From the NCBI GenBank assembly GCA_027031765.1, contig JALVPN010000144.1:1-32000 (forward strand): 32,000 nucleotides of DNA, in the 5' to 3' direction. A model generated the notes under the pieces. The model was given only the letters and a program-made list of their open reading frames with translations. It ran no database searches and was not told the DNA's origin. The position numbers were made by a program, and so were the translations under genes. The DNA is from Promethearchaeota archaeon. GTDB taxonomy: Archaea; Asgardarchaeota; Thorarchaeia; Thorarchaeales; Thorarchaeaceae. Positions 8,727-17,616 of the stretch are shown one piece after another; position 1 is the first letter of the stretch, and each line of letters begins with the position of its first letter.

Positions 8727-10289
8727 GTGGCCTTGGCTGGACGGAGCGTGCGCGGACTCTTGTCCGTAGTGTTGCTCACCTCCATGTTGTGCCTGCTGTT
8801 CACAAGTAGACCAGTCCTCTGTCAGAGTGGGCACACATGGACTGTCGGAATAGACAGGAACTATGCACCACACGAGTACTGGGTCGATGGGGAGGCGAAG
8901 GGGTTCAATGTTGATATCATCAATGCGCTGGCAGTGCGGATGGGTGTGGAAGTGAGCTGGGTACCACTCAGCTGGCACGACGCGTTGGAGGCCCTCAGCA
9001 ACGGTACTGTCGACAGCCTCTGCATGGCGCGCTCAGCCGAACGCGACACTTACTTTGACTTCAGCCGACCAATACTGAACCTGTCACTCCGGGTGTTTGT
9101 GAGACCCGAGGTGAGCGGAATCGTCACCCTTGAAGACCTGGCAGGACACACGGTGGCTGTGGAGGAGGGCGACATTGCAGACTCGATAGTCACAGAACGG
9201 TGCCCGGAGGCAAACATCGTACGTGTCAGGACTCAAGATGAGGCCATTCAGCTGGTAGCTAACGGTGAGGTCCTAGCAGCCTTTTGCAACGAGTATGCAG
9301 GGTACTATGCAGTGATGATGAATGACATTGACAATGTGAAGGTTATCGGCGAGCCGGTGGACATAGAACCGCGGGTCATAGCGGTCAGGGAGGGGGACAG
9401 AGAGCTGCTGCAGGCGATAGACGCCGCACTCGAGGAACTCTTTGAGTCGGGAGAGTATGAAACGATATTCGCCCGATGGTTCGGTACCGGACTGGATGGA
9501 AACCGGGAACTGGCACAAATCCGGACGCTGGTAGTAGCTGTGGCGGGGATTGTTGGAGCGGGCGTCCTGCTTGTGCTCACTTGGAACTGGTCGCTACGCA
9601 GGAGGGTCGACAGGGCGACGAGGAGAATCCTGCTCCTGACCGATATCTTTCGACACGATCTCAGGAACATCTGCCAGATAGGACTCTATAGTCTGGAGCT
9701 CCTTGAACTGAAGACGGATCTGAGAGATGGGGAGGCGGCCGACTTTGTCGAGAATGCGAAGAATGCGTTCAGAAGACTTGACAACCTGATAAACGACCTC
9801 TCGCTCCTAGAAACACTTGCATCAGAACGGCCGCCAAAGGGCGAGGTTGATGTGAAAGGGGCACTGTACTATGCGGCCGAACGGCTCAGGGCCGAGCAGG
9901 TAGGTGTAGATGTCCAGCTGATATTTGAGAGCGATAGGACACAAGTGATACACTCGTGCGAGCTGTTGCCCGAGGCCCTCTTCCGGGTGATGCGATACGT
10001 AGCTGTGAAGACGCAACCAGATGGGGGCAGATACATCATCGTGAGGGTAAGGAGGACAAGGTTGCACACCGAAATCTCCATTGGGAGCCCGGAACTGGTA
10101 GTACCACCAGACATGAGAGAGAACAGGTTCTTGAGGTATGCAGGGGACTCTCACGCTGAGGTCGGGCTGGACCTGTCTGTTGCCCATAGTATAGTGTCCC
10201 AGTGCGGCAAGGGGACAATAAGGGTGGAGATTAGTCCGACCAGTGATGAAGGCACAGGAGCAACATTCGTAATCACGCTGGGCCAGTAG
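8727..10289 (+). CDS. Membrane sensor: family-3 solute-binding domain + TM + histidine-kinase-like module with degenerate HATPase
   Basis: Signal peptide; PBPb motifs (VGIDRNYAPHEY...GFNVDII...LSWHDALEAL...ERDTYFDFSRP); TM VVAVAGIVGAGVLLVLTW; H-box RHDLRN; C-terminal GTGATFVITL. GGGGTGA precedes GTG 8727. Confidence 0.85.
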   Translation: MALAGRSVRGLLSVVLLTSMLCLLFTSRPVLCQSGHTWTVGIDRNYAPHEYWVDGEAKGFNVDIINALAVRMGVEVSWVPLSWHDALEALSNGTVDSLCMARSAERDTYFDFSRPILNLSLRVFVRPEVSGIVTLEDLAGHTVAVEEGDIADSIVTERCPEANIVRVRTQDEAIQLVANGEVLAAFCNEYAGYYAVMMNDIDNVKVIGEPVDIEPRVIAVREGDRELLQAIDAALEELFESGEYETIFARWFGTGLDGNRELAQIRTLVVAVAGIVGAGVLLVLTWNWSLRRRVDRATRRILLLTDIFRHDLRNICQIGLYSLELLELKTDLRDGEAADFVENAKNAFRRLDNLINDLSLLETLASERPPKGEVDVKGALYYAAERLRAEQVGVDVQLIFESDRTQVIHSCELLPEALFRVMRYVAVKTQPDGGRYIIVRVRRTRLHTEISIGSPELVVPPDMRENRFLRYAGDSHAEVGLDLSVAHSIVSQCGKGTIRVEISPTSDEGTGATFVITLGQ

Positions 10290-10325
10290 GCAGTGGCAGG
10301 TCCTGGGGTCAACGTCGTCGCACAC

Positions 10326-11102
10326 CTATTCAGCATCTACTACTGCATCGACCACCAAGGTGCGACTGGACTCTATGAATGGCCTAGCAGAATAGTCTGC
10401 AAAACAAGAAACGGTCCCAAAGCCGGCGTCGTGTAGGGTTTCCACAAGCCAGAGGGGGCTTATGTTGAGAACCCGTTGTGTGACTGTGGAAGACTGCCAA
10501 TGGTCGCCAGTGCGTTGCGCAACTAGGAATACCAACGTGGACACCGGTTCAGATGGCAGGTGGTCGAAGAACCTCGCAAAAACGACCGGAGTGCCACTTC
10601 TGCCAGCACCCACACGCATGGGTAAGGGGCTCAGAGGCGAGGCCCGGAGTACATCAAAGTTCAGCAACTGGAGCACAGTCCGGCCATGTGGGGACAACAT
10701 GTCAGCAAGGGTGTATAACAGCTGCTCAACATCAGTGAGACTTGGCAGTAGCGACAGCGAGTTGCCAATGCACAGTACCATCTGGATGTCGCCTTGTGCA
10801 ATTAGTGTCGCATCACGCATATCAGCCAAGATGAACTGTGGGGTGGGTACGACACTCTGGGCAAGGACATGGGCAGCCCGGATCATTGCCAGACTAGAGT
10901 CAATCCCGATGACCCTGTACCCACGGCGCGCTAGGGCCACCGCATGGTGTCCACTACCACATGCAATATCTATGACCGAACCGCTATCTGGTGTGGCAAG
11001 CCTCTCCGTGATGAATGGCAGTTCTCTACCCAGACGGGTACGCCAGTCAATTGTCTGGTCATAGGCCAGCGCCACTTCGTCGAACACGGCCAGTCCAATC
11101 AC
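10326..11102 (-). CDS. Class I SAM-dependent methyltransferase
   Basis: Motif I VIDIACGSG, VIGIDSS, ADMR and LCIGNSL. Start uncertain (GTG 11102 or 11087). Confidence 0.88.
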   Translation of the reverse strand: MIGLAVFDEVALAYDQTIDWRTRLGRELPFITERLATPDSGSVIDIACGSGHHAVALARRGYRVIGIDSSLAMIRAAHVLAQSVVPTPQFILADMRDATLIAQGDIQMVLCIGNSLSLLPSLTDVEQLLYTLADMLSPHGRTVLQLLNFDVLRASPLSPLPMRVGAGRSGTPVVFARFFDHLPSEPVSTLVFLVAQRTGDHWQSSTVTQRVLNISPLWLVETLHDAGFGTVSCFADYSARPFIESSRTLVVDAVVDAE

Positions 11103-11217
11103 TTCCGGCAGACACCATATGGTGTCATATTGAACCGAGGGGGAGATGGATAAGTCCTTGGGAAGCGGGCCCTCCGGGCAACTGCCTGATCAGATGCTAT
11201 CAGGACGACCAACGACA

Positions 11218-12575
11218 TCATGCCAACGGTGGGGGGATTTGCCATCCAGACCCAAACAGGTCGTCCAGCGCAACAACTGGCCGGTCCAGTGCGGGGACGT
11301 ATTTCGTCGACCACAGGATGACGTGTCTGAGCATACGCATCGCTGGCGCGTCGGGTTTGTTGTACGGACAGGAGCGGATACAGTTACAGTTGGAGCAGTC
11401 CGTACCGTTGTCAAGCCAGTACCCATGACAGGCCTCAACATCGACGTACCACTTCTTCACGCCAGGGTCATTTGACCTGCACACGCCCTCCCAAGTCTGT
11501 TCCCGCTCGTAGGGGATTGCCTGAAACGGGCAGTGTCTGTCACACTTGTCGCACACCTCGCAGAACCGGATTACAGACTCGCAGAACTCCATGTCGGGAC
11601 CGTCAGGGCCCAGTGGCATGTCGGTGAGCACTGTGCCAATGCGCACATACGAGCCATACTTTGGAGTGATGAGCAGTCCGTGCCGTCCGTACTGCCCCAG
11701 GCCGGCATCGATGACCAGTGGCACACTCAGTGCCACATCGTTCCCACACACCACTGCCCGGTAGCCCATGTCCTCGATGGACTGAGCAAGCATGAGTTCA
11801 ATCACGACCAGCCGGGAGTAGCCCACGGCCGTTGGAACACTTGCAAGCATCGCTGGGGAGCTGCTGATGGACTCGTAGTCCATGCGGACAACAAGGACAA
11901 CAGCACGGTTGATGTCAGACGGGATGTTGTAGGGCACACCGAAGCGGTCCTTCGCATAGACCCATCGTCTGTCAAGCGCTGCAATGCCGACATCATCTGC
12001 TCCGAGATGGCGTGCAACACGCTTCGCGAGGGGCGCAGGTGCTCTGGACTTGCAGACACACGCTTGCTGGCTGGATCACCTACTAGACCACAGGGTCTGA
12101 GCTCGACCACATTGCCATAGACCCACCATGGTGCCACAAGTAGGGCGGACTCTGCAGGCGAGTACCCAAGAATGCCAAGCTCGACCACATGTGCTGCCCC
12201 AGAGTACGCACTACGTCCATAGTACTTGAAAGACGGCTCCTGCTGTGCACAGGCAAATATGTGGTCGGTTTCGCAGAAGCGACAGTATGATGGGCGCACA
12301 CGGTACGGTCGACTCTTGGACTGGACGGCTTGGCCACGGTCACTAGTGCGCTGCGGCGGGGTCGTCTTCCGACCGTATTCCGGGACAATGGCCCCCAGTG
12401 GGCAGGAAGGCACACATCCGAGGCAGGCGGTACACTCGGAGGGCCGCACAGTGGGGCGGCCACTCTCCCTGTTGAGGGCAAGTGGACTCCGTCCCTTGCG
12501 TACAGAAACGAACGAGACCACACATTCAAAGTCGCAACCAGACGGGTCGCATGTCTTCGGGTCTATGACCGCCAT
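11218..12575 (-). pseudogene. rdhA: Reductive dehalogenase (RdhA-like, cobalamin/2x4Fe-4S) with N-terminal RLI-type ferredoxin domain; one frameshift at about 12031-12035
   Basis: Joining two frames gives ...SPEHL / LAKRVARHLGADDVGIAALDRRWVY...GYSR...LSVPLVIDAGLGQYGRHGLLITPKYG...FCEVCDKCDRHCP...CHGYWLDNGTDCSNCNCIRSCPYNK. The span is 1358 nt, consistent with a 1-nt deletion (452 aa restored). Confidence 0.8.
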
Positions 12576-12773
12576 GTCTCGTGCCAGCCCGGAGGTGTGG
12601 GGCCCTCATGCGGCCAGAGGGTATTATCCACGCTTGTCCTCGGCCCAGACAGACTTCTATGACTCCGTACGGACAGTGCCATTCTGGGCCATCGTACGTG
12701 TTCCCAGTGACACAAAAACTAAATCGTGCCGCCGTGCTACCAGTGATGACCCCTGACAAGGGAGAGAGGCCTG

Positions 12774-13202
12774 ATGACGATTGACCCACTCCTAGATGCC
12801 CTCAAGAAGATTCCAGTGGAGATGCTTGCAAGTGCGCTTGACAGCCTACCAGTAGAGTTCACGATAATCGACGCAGAAGAAAGAGTCCTGTTCTGGAACC
12901 AGCACGGTACACGCACATTCAAACGTGGCCCGGGAGTGATTGGTCGGAATGTCCGCATGTGCCATCCAAAGTCCAGTCTCGACAAGGTCGAAAGAGTGAT
13001 TGAGCTCCTGAAGAGTGGCAAGAAGGATCATGTTGACTTCTGGATTGATATTGGGGAAGGTGATGACAAGAGGAAAATCCTCATACGGTACTTCGCCATC
13101 CGAGATGACGAGGGGAAGTACCTTGGAGTCCTTGAGGCCACACTCGACCTGACACCACTCCAGGAGATAACGGGGGAGAAACGGCTCCTAGACGTGGAGT
13201 AG
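12774..13202 (+). CDS. Stand-alone PAS domain protein (PAS_10-like, as in the DUF438 C-terminus)
   Basis: LDSLPVEFTIIDAEERVLFWN...RGPGVIGRNVRMCHP...FWID...IRYFAIRDDEGKYLGVLE is the typical PAS_10 pattern. Confidence 0.88.
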   Translation: MTIDPLLDALKKIPVEMLASALDSLPVEFTIIDAEERVLFWNQHGTRTFKRGPGVIGRNVRMCHPKSSLDKVERVIELLKSGKKDHVDFWIDIGEGDDKRKILIRYFAIRDDEGKYLGVLEATLDLTPLQEITGEKRLLDVE

Positions 13203-13217
13203 GGGCTGCATGTCAAT

Positions 13218-13479
13218 ATGAGGACACAGAGGACACGTCATCCCCGGGTCACTGTCCACACGGAGGACTGCACGGGGGTGTCTAAGGTGTGTCCGGGGGT
13301 GCCCTGAGAGGATGTTCGGGGGCGTCAGAAACGTAGAGAGCATGCGCACGGTAGTGGTGGTGGAGCCGGAACACAACTGTGTGGCCTGTCTTCTGTGTGA
13401 AGTGGTCTGCCCGGTGGACGCAGTACATGTCGTGACGTACGGCAGGTCTGATGACACGCTTGGTGCGCTCCTGCTCTAG
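13218..13479 (+). pseudogene. 2[4Fe-4S] ferredoxin with +1 frameshift in a G5 run (13274-13278); not in the ORF track
   Basis: Removing one G gives MRTQRTRHPRVTVHTEDCTGCLRCVRGCPERMF...EHNCVACLLCEVVCPVDAVHV (86 aa), with two perfect CxxCxxCxxxCP motifs. Confidence 0.85.
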
Positions 13480-13593
13480 TCTGCACAACCGGGTGGCCAC
13501 GTACTCGACCGTGGGTGTTCGTTGGCAGTTCCCCTTTTGGGGGTGCAGCACCCCGTTATGTCCGGAATGCCGTTTCTCTCTGCGTGACCGGAA

Positions 13594-14813
13594 ATGTGTG
13601 GCGTGTCGCTGAGCGACAATGAGAAGGCCATCCGTAATCGGACACGCACTTTTGTACGTGACCGGGTTGACCGGGAGCTCGTCCTAAAGGTGAATGGATG
13701 GGAGGAATACTCATGCGAGTTCATCAAATCCGCAGGGGACACAGGACTACTGGGGCTGCGTTTCCTACGTAGATATGGTGGGCACAGACTAGACTGGGTC
13801 CACGAGGTGCTTGCACTTGGAGGTCGGAGTGCTGGGATTGCACTTGCATGTGCGTACTCGCTCCTCAGTACTGTGGGACAGGGCATCCACTGGTTCGGCA
13901 CGGAAGAACAGAAGAAGATGTATCTTGAGCCAACACGGTGCGGTAAGACGATTTGTGGAGATGGGCTGACCGAGCCCCGGGGTGGTTCGGAATTCCTTGG
14001 CACCAACACAGTGGCCATCAAGGAGGGCGACACGTACACAATCAACGGCAGGAAGCGCTTTGTTGCGGGGGTGTTGGTAGAGACTACTTCCTTGTCTATG
14101 CACGAATCAGTTCTGATGCCCCGTCACATAGGTCACTGACGGCATTCCTAGTGGACAGGGATGCAGACGTTGAGGTCGCTGAGGAATACGAGCTGATGGG
14201 GCGTCGGGGGGTGGGGGCGGCCCGAATTGTGTTCTGGGAGGAGGTACCTGAGGCCGCCGTACTCGGCAAGGTTGATGGCGGCACAGCAGTGTTCAATACA
14301 ATAATGGTGTCCGAACGGCTAACCTCTGCATCAAACCCACTTGGAATGGCACGGGCGGCGCTTGAGATTGCGGTCAGGTATGCAGACCGGCGGCAGGCGT
14401 TCGGTGGGGGAATGAAACAACTTTGAGGAGACAAGTTTCAAGTTGGCGACTGTGCGACGCGGCTCGATGCAGGCCAGGGGCTCGTGTACCGTGCAGCCAA
14501 GGTCGCAGACACTAGGAGGTGGTGTAGGAGGGAAGTCGCACAGGCAAAGCCGTTCTGCACCGAGGCGGCCCTCAAGGTTGTCAGCGAGGCCATGCGAGTC
14601 CTTGGCGGTATAGGCCATACCAACATCTGTTTCATTGAACGTCTGTTCCCAGACGCACATCTTGTCACCATATTGACTGGGAGCAATGAGATACAGCGTC
14701 CAATCGTCCAGAAGGAATTGTTCAAGGAAGTCCTGTCTGAAGGCCGTTCGGATAGTCGTGATGTCAAGCCCTACACGCCGGGGGTACACAAGGTAGCGAA
14801 AAAAGGTGTTTGA
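13594..14813 (+). pseudogene. Acyl-CoA dehydrogenase, disrupted
   Basis: ACAD motifs GTEEQK, GLTEPRGGS, INGRKRFV, ERL...GMARAALEIAVRYADRRQAFG, AKPFC, VLGGIG and GSNEIQR are spread over three ORFs. There is a frameshift at the G run 14067-14071, an in-frame TGA at 14424-14426, and apparent small deletions. Confidence 0.88.
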
Positions 14814-14949
14814 GGAAGACCCGATGAGATACCACACAGGACAGGGCACAGTGACTGGCCGCAAACCCGGCAGTGAGTATTTCAGGCACGGTCGCAGAGC
14901 CAATACTGCAGCACCAGTACGGGTGCAGGCCTACGAGGTGAAATCAAGG

Positions 14950-15321
14950 GTGCAGGCCTATAACATAGTCCACTTTGCAACTACAGTAGTCCCTGGCGTC
15001 GTATTTGGGCTCTTGGTCGGATATGTGTTGGGTGGCTGGCAAATCCAGTCGCGCACGCGACTCGTCATCATTGCGCTCCTGGCACTGATTGGGGGTGTAA
15101 TGGTCGCACTTGGATACAGACTGCTCATGGGTCTGGAACCACTAGACCTCATCTTGGCATTCATGTCCTTTGTCTCAGGAGTGGGCCTTGGCAGCGGTAT
15201 CGGGTGGGTGCCTGAGGGGCCGCCTGCGCCAAAGCGTCATGTCAGGTATGACCCTGATGAGGACGACCGTGAGTTCGACAGGCAGCTCAGGGAGTCACTG
15301 GGTATCGATGAGGACGAATGA
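14950..15321 (+). CDS. Small membrane protein of unknown function (about 3 TM, acidic C-terminus)
   Basis: Three hydrophobic segments followed by DPDEDDREFDRQLRESLGIDEDE. GAGGTG at 14935-14940 favours GTG 14950 over the longer ORF start at 14806. Confidence 0.6.
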   Translation: MQAYNIVHFATTVVPGVVFGLLVGYVLGGWQIQSRTRLVIIALLALIGGVMVALGYRLLMGLEPLDLILAFMSFVSGVGLGSGIGWVPEGPPAPKRHVRYDPDEDDREFDRQLRESLGIDEDE

Positions 15322-15380
15322 TACTGTACGACTCCCCGAGGGGCACAATCAATGACGGGGTGAGTGGCCACAACGTCATG

Positions 15381-15393
15381 GAAACGTTCATAA
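15381..15393 (+). promoter_or_regulatory. Candidate BRE/TATA element
   Basis: GAAACGTTCATAA lies about 60 nt before ATG 15453 and resembles the elements at 19449-19463 and 27470-27481. Confidence 0.35.
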
Positions 15394-15452
15394 TCACGGG
15401 GGGGAGCTATTGCAGGTTCCAATCCGGACGAGCAGAACCGAGATGGATAGAC

Positions 15453-16649
15453 ATGATGCATAAGCCCAGCACTGCTCCGCTCTTTGCTGCAATGTTACTG
15501 CTCACCCTATGTATGGTACTGCCCAGCAGTACAGCACAGACATGGGGTGGTGATGAGAACCTGTCAGTACTCGTGGAGGTGGACGGGGCACCAATTGGCC
15601 CCAACAACCAGACCATACCGGTCTCAGATGTGATGGAACTGACACTTTGCATTCGTGCAAATGTGTTGCTCACACTGCAGAGTATCACATTCCGACTCTC
15701 CTATCTCGGGATTCCAATGATGAACCAGCCAAACGAGTTTGACATCCTGCTGCCAGCGGGCTACAACAGCACGCAGGACATCCCTGTCGACCTGAGTACG
15801 CTAAGTCTGGACGGCATCAGCCTGATCAGTGGTACAGTTGAGGGGAGCCTGGCCTTCGTCTACAATGTGACCCCGTACGAGAACAACACCATTGTCCAGA
15901 GGTTCAAAATAGCAATGGGTAGCGGGAACCCGCTGTATTCAGTACCGGGGATTATCACGGTCGGGCTGACGGCGATGACTGCCATATCCCTCCTCCTTGC
16001 TCTGGCGCAGTTCCAAGGGGGTATATTTGCTGCCGCCCGTATAAGACAGGCCACGCGCGCAAGAGATGTCAAGGTGTTCCCAAAACAGACCGTCCTTGGG
16101 AGAAAGAGAAGGAGAAGGAAAGAAGACCAAGAGATACCGGCTGACCTGTCGGAACGGGCAACCGAGATAGCACAGGACGCATGGGACGGACGCTACTGCC
16201 CCAAGTGTGGCAAGCGGTGGAAGAGGGGTGCCCCGACCTGTGCAAAGTGTGGATTGGACATGGAGTCTGCACGTCGACTGTTCGCCGAGAGAGTCGGCAA
16301 GCTGGCACCAGCCGCACTTGAGGTCATACGTCCAGGGACACGGATGACGGTCGGCGAGCTCTCAAAGAAGCTCAGAGTCCGGGCTGAGATTGGTGGTGCC
16401 ATTGCAGCCGCGCTGTTGGAGATGAACCTGCTCCGGACACGGAGTGTCAGGGTGCCACTGAAGAAAATCACATTCTCAGGCTCCACCATTGTGGGGCTAT
16501 ACCTGAGCTGGTCGCAACTCCTGGGTGGTACGACGCCGTCGTGGATATACGTACTACTGTTGACAGCAGGAGCACTCGTTGCCACAGTGACATTCGCATA
16601 CTGTCTGCGGTGGCTGGCCCGGGTGCCGAGGTTCGGATACGGGGAATGA
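15453..16649 (+). CDS. Membrane protein: signal peptide, extracellular domain, TM, zinc ribbon, wHTH-like segment, C-terminal TMs
   Basis: Signal-like LFAAMLLLTLCMVLPSSTA; TM VPGIITVGLTAMTAISLLLALA; CPKC...CAKC; MTVGELSKKLRVRAEIGGAIAAALLEMNLL; two hydrophobic C-terminal segments. Confidence 0.7.
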   Translation: MMHKPSTAPLFAAMLLLTLCMVLPSSTAQTWGGDENLSVLVEVDGAPIGPNNQTIPVSDVMELTLCIRANVLLTLQSITFRLSYLGIPMMNQPNEFDILLPAGYNSTQDIPVDLSTLSLDGISLISGTVEGSLAFVYNVTPYENNTIVQRFKIAMGSGNPLYSVPGIITVGLTAMTAISLLLALAQFQGGIFAAARIRQATRARDVKVFPKQTVLGRKRRRRKEDQEIPADLSERATEIAQDAWDGRYCPKCGKRWKRGAPTCAKCGLDMESARRLFAERVGKLAPAALEVIRPGTRMTVGELSKKLRVRAEIGGAIAAALLEMNLLRTRSVRVPLKKITFSGSTIVGLYLSWSQLLGGTTPSWIYVLLLTAGALVATVTFAYCLRWLARVPRFGYGE

Positions 16650-16716
16650 TTGCCCAGTGCTCCGTGCACCAGCATGACAGCCCGAAACGCGGCGGTCTTG
16701 AGGACGGGAACAGAGG

Positions 16717-17487
16717 ATGGATAGATATGATGAGGTCTTCGGGCGCCACCGCTACCACGAGTGGAGCAATGATGAAGTCGTCGTCACAGTGCCGTTCAGT
16801 GTCGCAGGCGTCAGCACGGTAATAGCAATCACTGAGCGGCGTGGCCACAGGACGGTGCTGCTGGATGCAGGCGACGGCGTTTCGAGGGATCTGCTGGCTG
16901 TAGCTGGGCCAACGGTCACATCAGCACTCCAGCTCGTTGCAGTCACTCACGGCCACTATGACCACATGGGCGGGCTCTACAGTCTACTTGGACTGCTCAG
17001 ACTGCGGCACCGGACAGACCCGCTAGACATCGTTGTCCCGGTGGGGTGTGTCGAGGCCCGTGAGATGGTTGCCGCGTTCAGGAGAGTCTATACAACAACG
17101 ATCCACTTCACAGTCAGAGTACAGGAGATGCCGTGTGGGTCTGAGGTCACAGCCGGCCCGTTCCGCCTTCAGGCCTTCTGCGTGGAACACAGGGGGTTGG
17201 GATCGACCGACAGTGACACCCCTTGGATGCCCGCGCTCGGGTACCGGGTCTGCGTCGGGAGTACCACAATCGCTTATACTGGAGATGCACGCATGACTCC
17301 CGGGCTGGAGAGAGCGGTGCGGGGTACTGACTTGGCCATTATCGAGGCCACACTAGAAACGCATGAGGAGGAGGAAACTGCAGCTCACCTCACAGAAGGC
17401 GAGGCCCGTGACCTCGCCGCCTCAGCAAAGGATGCAATACTCATTCACCGGCCGCCACAGTTTGTCAGGAGGACCAGCACACACTGA
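16717..17487 (+). CDS. MBL-fold metallo-hydrolase, RNase Z/BN-like
   Basis: LLDAGDG, THGHYDHMGG (HxHxDH), AYTGDA, IIEAT and AHLT. Confidence 0.88.
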   Translation: MDRYDEVFGRHRYHEWSNDEVVVTVPFSVAGVSTVIAITERRGHRTVLLDAGDGVSRDLLAVAGPTVTSALQLVAVTHGHYDHMGGLYSLLGLLRLRHRTDPLDIVVPVGCVEAREMVAAFRRVYTTTIHFTVRVQEMPCGSEVTAGPFRLQAFCVEHRGLGSTDSDTPWMPALGYRVCVGSTTIAYTGDARMTPGLERAVRGTDLAIIEATLETHEEEETAAHLTEGEARDLAASAKDAILIHRPPQFVRRTSTH

Positions 17488-17616
17488 CTATGCACGCGCC
17501 ATGCAATGATGCACGAGACCCCGCACCGTATTCTGGCATGGCCCGCCCCGAGGACACGACGGTGACAGCGGCAATGCAGCAGTCAGAGTGCGGCCCACAT
17601 GAGCAGATGGATGGCA

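Noticed and set aside
3048-10289. Conservon (cvnABCD)-like system including the degenerate kinase
   Set aside because: The kinase-like gene is separated from the GTPase/Roadblock genes by the merA relic, copA and padR. There is no DUF742 gene, and the degeneracy pattern differs from CvnA.
11218-11937. Epoxyqueuosine reductase QueG
   Set aside because: QueG-type DYH and DTGP/ER motifs are not seen; GADDVGIA...WVY and the C-terminal W/NK pattern fit RdhA better. A phylogeny would be decisive.
12384-12575. ABCE1/RLI1 ribosome recycling factor gene
   Set aside because: Only the Fe-S domain resembles RLI; no ABC ATPase domains follow, and the downstream sequence is RdhA-like.
12743-12777. Box C/D sRNA-like words (GTGATGA, CTGA, CTGATGA)
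   Set aside because: Spacing leaves no 10-12 nt guide after box C, and the last box overlaps the PAS start codon.
14424-14426. In-frame TGA in the acyl-CoA dehydrogenase as selenocysteine or readthrough
   Set aside because: Not at a Cys or catalytic position, no SECIS-like element recognised, the gene has other lesions, and a compensating indel pair explains it better.
14806-14949. N-terminal extension of the small membrane protein ORF
   Set aside because: It overlaps the ACAD end and looks non-coding; the SD-like GAGGTG supports GTG 14950.
15415-15425. GGTTCCAATCC resembling a tRNA T-loop
   Set aside because: Flanks do not form a 5-bp T-stem or acceptor stem, and there is no cloverleaf.
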